Of a DNA stretch of 64,000 nt, positions 1 to 12,105 are shown one piece after another (position 1 is the first letter of the stretch; each line of letters begins with the position of its first letter). Made by a program: the position numbers and the translations under genes. The notes under the pieces are model-generated. The model was not told where the DNA came from, did not search any database, and saw nothing but the letters and a program-made list of their open reading frames with translations. Where the stretch lies: assembly GCF_025526975.1 (NCBI RefSeq), contig NW_026515668.1, forward strand, positions 1,736,001 to 1,800,000, read 5' to 3'. This stretch comes from Fimicolochytrium jonesii (lineage: Eukaryota).

Positions 1-1537
1 ATGCGCACGATGGAGACGTCGAAGCGGACTTTGCGGAGGACCGTCTGCGGGTCGTCTCGTTCAACCACCGGTGTCGAGCCCGTTTCCGGAGCCGGAGCCG
101 TAGCCGTGGAGTCGTTCAACAGCGGCTGTGTTTCCGTCGCACTCTCATCATCCTCCACGACGACGGCTCCAGCCCTCTTCCGCTCCTTGACAAACCGATC
201 CAGCAAACCCCCCACACCCAACATCCACACCAACCGCGTGACACTCATGTACAGCAAGAAAACCCCCTCATCATACGCATCCCACCCAAACTCATACGTC
301 GCATAAAAGAAGAAATTCATCACCCCGCCAATACACACCGCCGTGATGAACAGGATGCTGACGAGGTATGTCCGGGGTGGACGGAAGAGGAGGGTGAAGG
401 TTGAGAAGATGCCGGTTATGGAGTGCAGGGGGGACGGTTGGGGGGTGGTGGAGGTGGATGCGGGCGACTTGGAGAGGGATTCGGGAAGGATGAAGATGAT
501 GTAGAGAAGGACGATGAGTTTGCCGATCACGGCGACGTAAAAGACTCCGATAAGGCCTGATGGCATGATCTGGGGATAGAAAGGTGGGTGAGTCAGGCGC
601 CTTCAACGACGAATCAAAGAAACGCAGAAGAATGCGCCGCCACCGAGATTCGAAGTGCACCCTTCCTCCATCAAACACCATCAATGACCGATGGTTGGAC
701 ACCCTGCTCGCTCCGCTCGCCATGGGCAGCGGTGGGCGGAGCGTGCTCGCTTCCCTCGCTTACCTTGGACAGCAACCCCCCAAAGTACGGGCCCGCCATG
801 AGTGACCCATACATGAGAGCCTCAAACAGAACAAACACCTTGCTCCTCCTATCGGGCGACACTGTATCCGCGAGGTACGAGTACGCAATCATGACAATCG
901 CGGTATAACCGCCCATGAGTCCCTGCAAGACATGCACCGGAAGTAAAACCCACAAGCCCACATCAAACTGCGCGACCGCCAAGATCGCAAGTATCCCAAT
1001 CAACCCCGAGATCGCAGGCAAGAAAAACATAGGCCTCCGCCCAATCCTGTCAGAAAGCGTTCCGATGACGGGAGTGGCGAGTAGAGCGGGAAAGGCGGTG
1101 GCGAGTTGGATGACCATTGTCCATTTCGCGGTGAGGGCTTGGACGTCGGGCATTGTGCGGCATACTGCGAAATCAGGTAATGGGCGGCCGCCGAGGGGGT
1201 TGTCCGAGTCTCCAGCGCCGAGACTACCACTCGTGCCGGAGTCTGAGCCGTCCCAGATTGTGGAGCAGAGGTAGACGAGGAGGAATTGTTGGGTTGGGAC
1301 GCCGATGACGCTGAAGGAGAACATGGACATGAAGAGGGGGAAAGCGACTTGCCATGGTGACGGTGTTTTTGTGGTTTGGGGTGGGAGAGAGTCGGCTTCT
1401 AGTGGTGGTGGTGGTGGTGGACGAGAAGGTTGGGAGGTGAGGACGCTGAGGGGGGCGACGGGTGGGGGTATTTGGGGTGTTGCGGAAGAATTGAGAGGGG
1501 TTGTTTCCGAGGCGGGTGGAGCGTTGGAGACCGCCAT
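1..1537 (-). CDS. MFS transporter (SLC46/PCFT-like or TetA-like), 3' end runs off the window
   Basis: ATG at 1537 (MAVSNAPP). MFS motif A GTLSDRIGRRP, then AYSYLADTVSPDRRS and multiple TM helices. Intron 570..763 (GTAAGC...CCCCAG), after which the exon resumes IMPSGLIG...ILPES and stays open to position 1. Confidence 0.85.
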
Positions 1538-1983
1538 GGTTGGGTGCTTCAGCAACGGAGTGGGTTCAGAATGTTCAGCAGAAGGTAGACATGGGGCTGG
1601 GAGTGGAGGGAGCATACGGTTGCTGGCTGGCTGGGGGTTGACGTGTGGGCAGGTGTTCCTTATATGGAGGTGCCATAGTGCGTGGCTGCCGGAGTTGCGA
1701 AGGGTGGAGTGTTCCTCTTTTGGAGTGGAATGACGCGTGGGCGTGACTCGTCGGAGTCTCCCTGCTGCTGCTTTTGTTTGGTTGCCGCTCGCTCGCAGGG
1801 GAGTGCAACAAGCCCCCATCCATTCAAAATAGCCTCCCTCCGAGGACAGTCTGAGGAGTCAGGACAGCCGATCGCGCGTCGCGTCCCCCAACCAGTTAAG
1901 TTCCCAACGGTGACGTTTGCATGATGGAGTTTTGTGTTCCCCTTCTGCATATCCATCCTGCATATCATGGCCCTCCAGCAAGT

Positions 1984-2005
1984 CCCCCCCCCCCCCCCCC
2001 CCCCC
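1984..2005. repeat. poly-C(22) tract in divergent promoter
   Basis: 22 consecutive C between the MFS start (1537, -) and the methyltransferase start (2170, +). Confidence 0.9.
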
Positions 2006-2169
2006 AAGCCCGTTGCTTTTCTCCCCTAAGCATCGAACCCTAGGGTCTACGCTATACACCACCACCACTGTGCGCATATCCTCAGTCTAGCTTCCGCATC
2101 GTCCATCACCGCAACTACCTGCTCCGCCAACACTCAGCCCGCTTCGCCAGCCCCAACTCCTACGCAAAC

Positions 2170-3490
2170 ATGGTTCAACAAAACAGCACAACACCCACCA
2201 CCACGCCCAAAAGCGCCCCACTCGTCGCACTCGCCCGCTACCTCCTTGCCCAAAAATACACCTACACGACCATAACCCCCGAATCGCACAAGATAGTTCT
2301 TGATAGGAGGGATGAGAAATTGAAAAATGTGGATTTGGGGGATGTGAAGGTTACGCTCAGGGATGTTTTTGGGTTGAATGTTTGGTTTACCAGAAAATGT
2401 TTGGATTTGGGTCAGGACGAGGAAGGGAGGGTTTTGGGGTGGTTGGAGGAGGCGGGGGTGCTGGAGAGGAGGAAGGACGCGAATGGAAGTGAGGTGAGTT
2501 TCGGTTGAGTGTCGGTTGATGCATTGATGGATGGTGGTTGACCCTCTCGCGTTCGCGTTCGCGTTCCCACAGGTGATCCGCTCAGGCGTGCGTTTCTCAA
2601 CAATCGGCACCTCCCTCTACATGCACTCCTCCTTCCCGACCGCCTTCAACGATTCCGTCTTTCTCGGCCCGGACACCTACCGCTACGTCGACCTTATCCG
2701 TTCTTTCGTCCAACGCCTCGCTTCCACTCCCAATGCGATCAAGATCAAGACAGCGATCGACATCGGCGCCGGGTCGGGTGTCGGCGGGATGGAGTTGGCG
2801 CGGTTCTGTGGGGAGTATGGGGTGGAGGTGGAGAGGGTTGTGTTGGGGGATATCAATGAGAAGGCGTTGGAATGGTCATTGGTTAATGCGCAGGTCGCGG
2901 GGTATGTGCCTGTTGACGAGGAGGCAAACGCCAAGAACGGTGCGACCACCACGAACGGCACTTTGAACGGAAACGGCGGCGCGACTCACTCCAACGGCAC
3001 CAACGGCACCAACGGCACCGAAACCAACGGAACCTCCGACAAACCGCACTTCCCACCGACAACGCTCATCCAGCCCACTACCCCCACCACGCACCTCCAC
3101 CTAGCCTACTCCTCCTACCTCTCCACCCTCCCCTCGCACACCCCTCTCTCCCTCATCCTCTCCAACCCCCCCTACATGTCCTCAACCACCCACCTCTACT
3201 CCGACGGCGGGCACTCCTCCGGCCTCGGGATGTCCCTCTCCATCATCGACGCCGCCGTCGAGCGGTTGTTACCGGGCGGTCATCTGGTGCTGTATACGGG
3301 CGTGGCGATCTTAGACGGGGGGCGGGACCCGTTGAAGGAGTATGTGACCGGCTATGTTGAGAAAGGGAGGGTGGAGTGCGTGGAGTATAGGGAGATGGAG
3401 GTGGATATCTGGGGACATGAGTTGAGGGAGGAGGGGTATAGGGACGTGGAGAGGATGTGCGCTGTTGGGTGTGTTTTGAGGAAGGTTTAG
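2170..3490 (+). CDS. Class I SAM-dependent methyltransferase (HemK/MTS-like N-methyltransferase)
   Basis: Two exons, 2170..2493 and 2573..3490. Motif I IDIGAGSGVGG, GDIN, SNPPY and DSVFLGPDTYRY. Confidence 0.85.
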
Positions 3491-3884
3491 GATTCTTATA
3501 CGGGGACGGTCGATTGTATGATAGTGTGCGGTGGAGGGAGCCTATGTTTTTTGCGCGTATTTGGAACACTGGTAAAGGAATTTATTTGATAGGTATATTA
3601 TAGACCGACCGACGGACTTTCGGCTTGTGTTTACTGTATCAGTATATCTCAAGGGAAATGTGGTGAGGACTAGGGAGGGGTTAGACGAGGTTGGCGTAGC
3701 CGTAACCCTAACCTTGTGCCGCTACTTAAGCCCTCCGCACGTAAGCACGCGATAATAATTAACGTGCCCATTCGCGAGCCTCCACCGGCCGCTGCTGCAA
3801 CCCATTCCCAACCGCAACCGGCCAGCAACCTTCCAACTCAACTCAACCGCATACCCCAACCCATATATATTCCTCGCAAACGCA

Positions 3885-4421
3885 ATGTCAGACGCAAACT
3901 TCGTAACAGACCTCGTCGACGGCCCGCGCCAGTTCTTCAAGGACGGCGTGCAGCTCATGAACAGGTGCACGAAGCCTGACAAGAGAGGTATGCTAAATCC
4001 GGATGTGTGTGATCACGGACGGTGTCGGGGGAGCCGCTGGAGGAGGCTGGAGATCGCTTGACGAGGACGGGAGCAGCGGTGGCCCACTGACCCATCATCC
4101 GGGGCGGGAATTCTTCTCCCGAGGTCCCCTCGAGGGGGCGTTTCGGGGAACGTCTATTTCCATTTCACGGTTTTCCGATGTCCACTGACGATCTGCCACT
4201 TTTGTTTTTTGACCCCCCGCCACAGAATTCCTCAAAGTCACCCAAGCCGTCTCCATCGGGTTCCTGATCATGGGCTTCATCGGGTTCTTTGTCAAGCTGA
4301 TCCATATCCCTATCAACAACATCATAGTGTACGAATCACTTTGGGGCGGGCCGTTTACCTCCCGTTTTCATTGTCCTCGTAGACTGACGTTTTGGGTTGG
4401 TTTTTTAGTGGACGGTCGTGA
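3885..4421 (+). CDS. SSS1: Protein translocon subunit Sec61 gamma
   Basis: Exons 3885..3987, 4226..4328 and 4409..4421 give MSDANF...[56 protein letters not shown]. Confidence 0.95.
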
Positions 4422-5228
4422 GCGAGGAATATGGGCCTGGGCGGGGGACGAGAGGGGTGTGGGCGTGGGGGGCGGACGCAATGGGGATATGAGGACGAGC
4501 AGGGGAACAGGCGGGGCGGGGCGGGGCGTGCAAAGCAGTGGAGAGTCCGGCGCCGAATCCGCAAATTAGAACCGGGAATACTCTCCCCCTCAACCCCCCC
4601 GGCCCTTCCGCATTTGTCTGACTTTGGTAGGGGAACCCGGAAAACGGCGGGCGAAAGAGCGGCTGTTGGGATGAATATGAATCTTCCGCCGGAGCGCCTA
4701 GCTCTCTCGTTTGCACTTGGGCGACCATGCCCTGCTCTTTCGGGGGTTATCCTCGCGGTATAATACATATCTATTGTGCCCCAGATCATCATTTGATGAA
4801 GCGTCGTGCTTGTGAATCTCCCCTCTTGGTGACATGCGGTACGGAAAGCTTTCAGCGAGCGTTCGCCGCAATCATGTTCATCGCATAGGGGGGAATCGGC
4901 TCGAATCGGACATTCTTCCTCGCAAACTTTGGCAGAAGGCAACGCAAAATCACATTCATATCATAAAGAGAGAAAAGAAGATCTATGTGGGTATAGAAAA
5001 GGCACCGTCCACCCGTATGCTACGCCTTTCGGTTTCTCTGCAAGACGGTCCTTGGTACTGCCCGTTCCATCATGATATCGCTACGCAACTGACTATGGAT
5101 AATACGCCCCGAGAACCACATCACTCATGAACCTCATCATTGCTTGTTGTCGTCGTGGGATCCACAAAATGACCCTCCTAATCACGCATCACCCTGCCGA
5201 CGTGGAACAGGATCAGCAACCACTCTTC

Positions 5229-8200
5229 TCAGCCCCGCCCCTGCCCCATCCTCATCAACCTCGCCTCATCATCCTTCAACCTCTCCATGACCGATTTCGG
5301 GGGCTGCTCAGCAGCAGGGATCTGTTTACCGGGCTCCTGTCCACCCTTCCCGATCGGGTGCTCGGGCTGTTCAGCAGACATACCCGGCGCACCTTGCGCA
5401 AGACCAGTGATATCCATCCCCATCCCCATCCCCTGCGGCGCACTCGTCGCGGGCATCTGTTGGTGAGGGTAGAACGGCTGCTGCTGGCCGCCCCAAGGGT
5501 TCCATTGCGGGTACGCTTGCGGGGGGAAAGCGGCTCCCCAGGGTGCTTGGTAGTGCTGTTGGTGGTAGGGCCATCCGGGCGGCATATGGCTGTAAGGGGC
5601 GCCCATGCCGGGCATTCCCATCATCATCATTGGGTTCGGAGCCATTTGCGCGTGTTGAGGCGGCCAGAAGGAGGCCGGTCTGCTTGCTTGTGGCTGGGGT
5701 GGTTGGCTTTGGGCGGCGGGGAATCCGGGGAACGCACTTTGTTGAGCCGTGGATTGGGGTCCGAGAGGGCCTGGGATGCTTCCGGCGGCGGGTGTTTGCA
5801 TATGGGGGGGCTGGTTCTGCGCGTTGAACCCGGGGAACGCACTTGGTTGAGCTGTGTATTGAGGTCCGAGAGGGCCTGGCATGCCCCCGGGGGCAGTTGC
5901 TTGCATTTGAGGGTGTGGGCTGAGTGTGCCGAACCCGGGGTGTGCGAAGGATCCGAAGGGGCTCATCATTGGCGGGAGCGTCGGTGACATCAGGGCACTG
6001 GGGATGGGGTTGAACAATCCATATGCATGCACTCCCTCAGCCTGTGTGTGCTGCGGAACTGCTTCAGCTGAACATTCTTGCAGTAAGCGACGTCAAGGAG
6101 TGTTTGCACATACCTGAGGAGTAGGTTCTGCAGCTTGCGGGAACTGTGCAGCTGTATGAAGCGGCATGCCAGCGTTGGCGAACTGAGGTATGAGTTCTGC
6201 AGCAACGGCTTGTACATCTTTTTGCCGGGGCGCTGTGGTTTGGTCTTGGGTCTTAGCCACATCCACGTCACCGGCTACAGGTGCCGCAACAGCTTCTTTC
6301 TTTCCTATGCCATCTGCGTTCTTTCCATCAGTCCCAGCGGTAGCAGTAGCGGGCTCTTTCTGTTCACCTCCAGCGCCCTCCTTGGCACCACCCTCCTTAG
6401 CGACATCGAGAACTTCCCATGTAGGCGACGGCAAAGAAGTAATATCAATGAAAGGCGAACTTCCCCCAGTAGAAGCGGAGCGGCCCTTGTCGGAGAGCGG
6501 TTCTTCGCGAGTAGTAACCTCCTGCGGGGCATTGCTGGCATCAGGTGCTGTCGCCTTCACCGCTGGTTTATTATCGCCTTTCTCAGGGACTTCGGCGGTT
6601 ACTTTGGGTTCCTCCTCCTTCTTGGCGTTGTTCGCGACGGGGGGGTTCTCCACTTCCTTCTCGACCGATGCGGTCGGAACCTCAGCGGTTTTCGCAGTGG
6701 GCCTGCTGTGCACCTTGCCACCGGTTGGTTGCGCCATGGTGCCGTTCTGTAAAGCGGATGGTTCCTGCTCAAGGGTTTGCTCAGCCATTGACGAAAGAGG
6801 CAACGTCTGAAAATGACTTTGGCACTCACATCGCATTCTGGAACACTCTCTTTCAAGGCCCTCAGCAAATTGAGCCAACACCAGTCAAGGGACTCCCTCG
6901 AGTTGCCCTTGATGAACACAGCCTGTCGTACTACAAGATTTCAATATGATACACATCTCTGCTTGCCATTCTCCTCCATATTACCCCATGTTTGAAGGAT
7001 ACTAGGGCTTGAAGATGGCCGGACTCGCGGCAGCTACGCTCGAGCTCGGAAGTGATTTGGCTGGCTAGATCGTTGTTGTCCTTGAGAGCGTTTTTCACGG
7101 GCACTTTGGAGAGAGGTGTTTAATGCTGAGCAGATCATAAATGAATAGGAGCGAGATTATAAGCACCTGGAAACTGTCGAGCAATGAACAACTGATCACG
7201 GCTCGATGCATCAGCCTCCTCAACGCCGTCCTTTTTCGTATTTTCATTGTTCTTGGCTTGCACAGAGGTAGGCGGCTGGTCGCTGGTGGGATTGACGGCC
7301 AGAGTTGCCTGCACCGTCGCGGACGCGGGATTTTCGACAGCCGGAACAGCTATTTTGCTAGAAATATCGTCCGCAAAAGTGGTCTCTTTGCTCGCCTCAG
7401 TGCACGCAGCGCTATTCTCGCCTTCTGAGGTGGCCACTCCGTTGGAAGGCGGGGTATTCGCAGCGCCTTGGTGGTTGACCGTGGCTTTACCTACTAGCAC
7501 GTCGAAGTTTAGGTCGAGACTACGTTAACCAATCTGCAACCGATGCTTACCCTCTGAGGCGACGATCGCGTTCTTGGTTTCGGTATCCAGCACGAGTTGT
7601 TGCATTGCATTGAGCCGGTCGACCATTTCATCCACAGCCTTTGCATTTCTGGACGTGTAGATGAAGTCGATGTCTACGAAATCGACAGCCTGGCCATTGC
7701 GTGGTCAATTAGCTGTTCGGGCTCGAGCCGTCGCCCCAGTTACACGTAACTCACGTTCGCGTCCTCCACAATGTGCCAACTTTTGATCAAGGGATCTGTG
7801 GCAAAGACCTCTCCTACTCGATCGCGAAGATCAATCTCTTCCTTCGCCGCCACCTCAATAGTTTCCGGGCGAAATCGCCATGTTCTGGAATGGCTGTCGA
7901 TGTAGAGAAGGAATCGGGTGTACTTTTCCTGGATTTTTGCAGCAGCAGCCGTAGCTTTGTCTGCATCGCCTTTCAAGATCGCTTGCTATACAGAACGCAT
8001 GGAGATCAGTTCGAGTCCGGATCAGTTGTCGAAGGACATGCGTACCGTTTTGTCCTGCGAGAATGTGATCGTGACGCCATGTGCTTTCGCCGCGTCTTCC
8101 GCCTTCTCTTTGAAGCTGTCCGCCATACTAAAGTTGGGTCTGCCGGCTGTTAGATACAAAACCTTGGCTCGTCGCATAACACCTACATCGAAATGGAGCT

Positions 8201-8984
8201 CCGAAGTCTGGAAGACCGCAAAAAGTGCATTCAGTTCAAGTTCTTCCTGCCCGTTTCCGAAGAAGACCATGAGAATATCCACTCACAGGAATGGCCTTGA
8301 CCGGAACGGGCTCTCCATTTCTATCCGGGATCTGCATGACACTGATACCCCTGATCACTGGGCCGATATCTACCGCAGTGGGAGCAGAGACATGGACAGT
8401 CTGCTTTCGCAAGTCAACAAGGTTCCCGCATTGACGTTCAAGCAGAAGAAGGAGTGCTTGGTGTGCTTACCCGGCATTTGCTGTCCAGCTTACTGGTGAC
8501 GCCGTACTCATCGCTTAGGCATTCGAGTTTCCTGTTGAAATCGTGCCGCGTTTTCTGATCGATGAGCAAGCGTTCGGTGAACTCTTGTGGCAGCCCGAAA
8601 TCTTTGGAATGTACACCGCCTGCTTCGAGCATAGCGCAGATTTCGTTTTGACTGCAACAAAGGTCAGCGGGGTAAGTTTTGAGTAGGTTTCGCATGGTCT
8701 CAATTTCACTTACGCTATAGTGACTGCTTCAGTTTCACCGTGTATAGAATAGGATATGCTCCCAGTGAGAATACGTGTGTTGGTCCGTTCAGCGATTTCC
8801 CTAGGCGTGGGAAAAAAGAGTGAGCCAATATTCGACAGCTTTGCCAAGTGAAACGGTTCCGAAAGAGAAGTGGTGAAGGGATTGTGCAAGGGAGGAAGCA
8901 AAGGATACGTTATTACATTAAAAGCCCCGTATAGGAGCCTCTGTCCCAACTTGGCGTGAAAAGTATCTCGGCTGTCTCAGACAT
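5229..8984 (-). CDS. Multi-exon hypothetical protein with degenerate KH-like repeats and a P/Q/G/M-rich low-complexity C-terminus
   Basis: Putative ATG at 8984 (MSETAEIL) and a chain of GT-AG introns joining the ORF pieces. KH-like segments LMEIAERTNTRI...IHGETEAVTIAQNEI and AAKAHGVTITF...ILKGDADKATAAAAKIQE. Exon structure is only partly resolved. Confidence 0.55.
5722..5912 (-). repeat. Two-copy ~105-bp coding tandem duplication
   Basis: Encodes MQATAPGGMPGPLGPQYTAQPSAFPGF and MQTPAAGSIPGPLGPQSTAQQSAFPGF. Confidence 0.8.
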
Positions 8985-9517
8985 AGCGGAGTTGTGGGGC
9001 GACTGACAGGTTTCGGTTTCTCAAAATGACGGCGACGCCTTGGAAAATCCCAGCGCCGAGTAACAAACAAGTGGGGCGGCCGACTGATGTGTGGAATGAA
9101 GGACGAAATGAAGATATTTCTGAGGAAATCGGGGACGAAGACTTCGTGCGTTGGGTGTGTGGAGAGAGCAGAAGAACGGCGGTCCCTTTCGAATATTCTG
9201 AGGGTTTTCGACAGCGCGGAACCCTTAACGGCATTTATTTGCGGGTCCCGTGATTCCCAGGCGCAATTCAATTGAGGTTTTCTTTTCGCCAATCGGCTTG
9301 TCACAGACTCACAGCACAAGCGGCACATGGGCATCTGGGATTTCCGCATCGCACGTTTTTGGGGGATAGACATTGGAGGTTCAGCAAGGGTTGACAAAGC
9401 TCAATAGCCTTATCTCGCTTGAGACTCGCCGTGTAGTTCAAGAGAAACTCTTTCCGCTACGACCTTGGACCTATTTGGCGGCTAAGTCCGCGCAGGACCC
9501 TCCGCACTTCGGACACC

Positions 9518-11743
9518 ATGAAAGGCGAGGGCCCGCGGTCAAGCTATCTATCTCGCACTTGTCTGGAGACGATATGCCCGGAAGCTCCAACGATAACCGC
9601 TGAGGAAGTGCCTGAGCGTCGGTATCAGTCTCAGCAACGGTTAAAAAAGGCGTGGGAGAGCATCTTTGAGAAGTATGGGAGGGAATTCGAGGACGCGGAC
9701 GAAATCGATATCACTACTGGCGCAATCGTGGTCGACAAGGGCTTCATTCGGCGGTCAAAAGTGAAGGAATTTGGGTTTGCCTTTTTCCCAGCTCCGGTGA
9801 AATTGGAAGATTCGGACACTGATCTCGTTTCCGCGACCGACGAGGTGGAGGCGTCTGAATCGGGACAGAGTTCAGAAGCTGCGGCAGAACCGCGGAAGCG
9901 GGATGAACCGATTGTCGAAATTGGACTGAAGAGGGAGACCAATGCCATCTCTCCAAAACGGTCCTCAATGCGGCGATGCGAAATCATCGTGGACGAGTTC
10001 ACATCTGCGATCTCGATGAAAAAAGCAGATTTGAATCCGAGAAAGCCATTCCGGTCGCCCACTCCCGTCCCCTCGGCCAAATCAAACGTAAGAGTCGAAA
10101 TCGAAATTGAAGAACGACCCTGGTTGGCTCCGAACGCCACAGAAAAGAAGTATCCACCACATCGGAAATTAGAGATCAGCAAAGAAGAATATACAGCGCA
10201 ACCACCGCGTCTTCAAAGGAGTACCCACCCGACAAGTAGTCGGGCAGTCTCGAAGTCAGATACATCAACTCTCGCAAGGCCTGGGCCACCCCAGCACCTA
10301 GCACGAAGCAATGGCGGAGTAAGATCCTCCACGAAATCATCAGCGTCCAAAGCGATCGAACACCCACCTGCATTGCAGGAGCCGCTGGTTTCCGTGGAAA
10401 GTACACCGCCCATTTGCGATACGAAATCTTCATCTATCAAACGAGAAACAAACTACCGAAGCTTTGTGCATACTTTAAAGCACGACGCGTTGTCTCTGCC
10501 AGAAGTCGAGATTGTGTCTGTCATGGCTGCACCCGGTGCTTTCCGTCGGAGAGCGCGCAGTCGCCAAAGCGGCGCTGGCATTGGCAGGGCAAAAGGGGGG
10601 TGGGATGTCCCACCGCCAGGACCTATGCTGGAGTTGTCATTAGGGGACAGTATGCCGTCGAGTGCCCAAATTACGGACTCGCCGTCAACATCTACGTTCA
10701 TCTGCAAATCGGAAGTAGATGACCAGATAGGCAGCGCCAGCGCTGGAAGCAATGCCAGCCCGTCTCTGATTTCCACAACGCCTTGCAAACGGGAAGAACA
10801 AGATGACACAGACACATCTTCTGCTGAGGCGAAGAAGCTATCGTGTCTCCTTCCAAGTCCGGCCCCATCTATCGCACTCTCCATTCATCGGGACGATCAG
10901 CATCTAGGTGCAGCGATTAGCAGCACGAAAGTAGTTAAACCTTCCACTCTTATCACAAGGCGAAGGAGCTCCGCACAGCCGGAGGAGCGAGGACGGAGGA
11001 AACAGACACCTGTGCTAACAGACACCAAACCGCCGCGACCATCCCGCGCCTGTAAGAACATTGATCGTGATGCGTACAAGTTCAGACTGGCCTCGCATTA
11101 CTCACGCTCGGCGGTGACACGCGATGTTGGGAAGGGCGATAAAACGGACTGTGCGAAAGGGGAATCTCAGACGCCGGACGCTGTTCACTCATCGACTTCG
11201 TATAGGTTTCCGGATCCAGTGTCCTACAGCGAGCCGATGGGCCTGACCCAGTCCACAGACACAGGACATACGGCTCCCTCTCCTCGTTCCCGCAAACGAA
11301 AACTTCCATCCCACCCAGGAGCTTCAGCCTCCCCGCGGAAGCGCGTATGCGTAGCGACGGACACAAAAGCCAACGACCCCAATCCGGCAGCATCTCCATT
11401 CGGCACCATCCCCTCCACACCAAACAGACAAAGAAGTGCGATGCCAACCCCACCTTGCGAATCCGATGAAGAAAGCGCGTTTGAGAACATGCTCCCCGCC
11501 TCAGCATTCCCTACGCCGCGTTTCCACCTCACCACCCGTCAGGCTCTGTTGGCCAGATCCGCCACAGGCTCATCCGCATCCCCAAAACCGGCCTCCACCT
11601 CCCGGTCATCAATCGAAACAAAGATCATCCCAAACCGCACGACAGCGCTGAAGATACCCACGATGCGAATGAAGACATACGCGCAAGTGGTGTTGACCAC
11701 CATAGATTTAACAACGGATGAGGATCCGCTAACGATCTGTTAG
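9518..11743 (+). CDS. Scm3/HJURP-domain protein (putative CENP-A chaperone) with a long disordered tail
   Basis: N-terminal QRLKKAWESIFEKYGREFEDADEIDITTGAIVVDKGFI matches the Scm3 motif. 741-aa single ORF. Confidence 0.75.
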   Translation: MKGEGPRSSYLSRTCLETICPEAPTITAEEVPERRYQSQQRLKKAWESIFEKYGREFEDADEIDITTGAIVVDKGFIRRSKVKEFGFAFFPAPVKLEDSDTDLVSATDEVEASESGQSSEAAAEPRKRDEPIVEIGLKRETNAISPKRSSMRRCEIIVDEFTSAISMKKADLNPRKPFRSPTPVPSAKSNVRVEIEIEERPWLAPNATEKKYPPHRKLEISKEEYTAQPPRLQRSTHPTSSRAVSKSDTSTLARPGPPQHLARSNGGVRSSTKSSASKAIEHPPALQEPLVSVESTPPICDTKSSSIKRETNYRSFVHTLKHDALSLPEVEIVSVMAAPGAFRRRARSRQSGAGIGRAKGGWDVPPPGPMLELSLGDSMPSSAQITDSPSTSTFICKSEVDDQIGSASAGSNASPSLISTTPCKREEQDDTDTSSAEAKKLSCLLPSPAPSIALSIHRDDQHLGAAISSTKVVKPSTLITRRRSSAQPEERGRRKQTPVLTDTKPPRPSRACKNIDRDAYKFRLASHYSRSAVTRDVGKGDKTDCAKGESQTPDAVHSSTSYRFPDPVSYSEPMGLTQSTDTGHTAPSPRSRKRKLPSHPGASASPRKRVCVATDTKANDPNPAASPFGTIPSTPNRQRSAMPTPPCESDEESAFENMLPASAFPTPRFHLTTRQALLARSATGSSASPKPASTSRSSIETKIIPNRTTALKIPTMRMKTYAQVVLTTIDLTTDEDPLTIC

Positions 11744-12105
11744 AGGGTTTGAAAGAAGGAAATGGCGCTGCTCGGACTTGGGGTGTTCGCGCGGCTATCG
11801 CCGCGAATGGAAGAAACGTGTGGGGGAAGTGTATACCATTTTTGTAATATATTTTGTAATGGAACTCTTTTGTACAGACATAGCCGTCAAACTTGAAATG
11901 ATGCAGGGGAATGGGAGACCATTTATCCTTCGTGACGCGGCCCGTGGGCAACAAGTTCCGGGCCGTAAATCATGATTGCGCGCGCCGAGCCAAACACAAG
12001 ACGTGCCTGTGACAAAATGCGTAGCGCGTACCAAATCGTTGGCACCGCGTCTACTTCCGCAAGGATAACTGCCGCACAATCCGTTCAGCCAGAGCGAGAA
12101 GAGAC

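Noticed and set aside
3703..3714. TAACCCTAACC telomere-like motif upstream of Sec61-gamma
   Set aside because: Fewer than two full units, so too short to distinguish from chance.
5127..5987. 286-aa plus-strand ORF
   Set aside because: Antisense to the low-complexity last exon of the KH-like gene.
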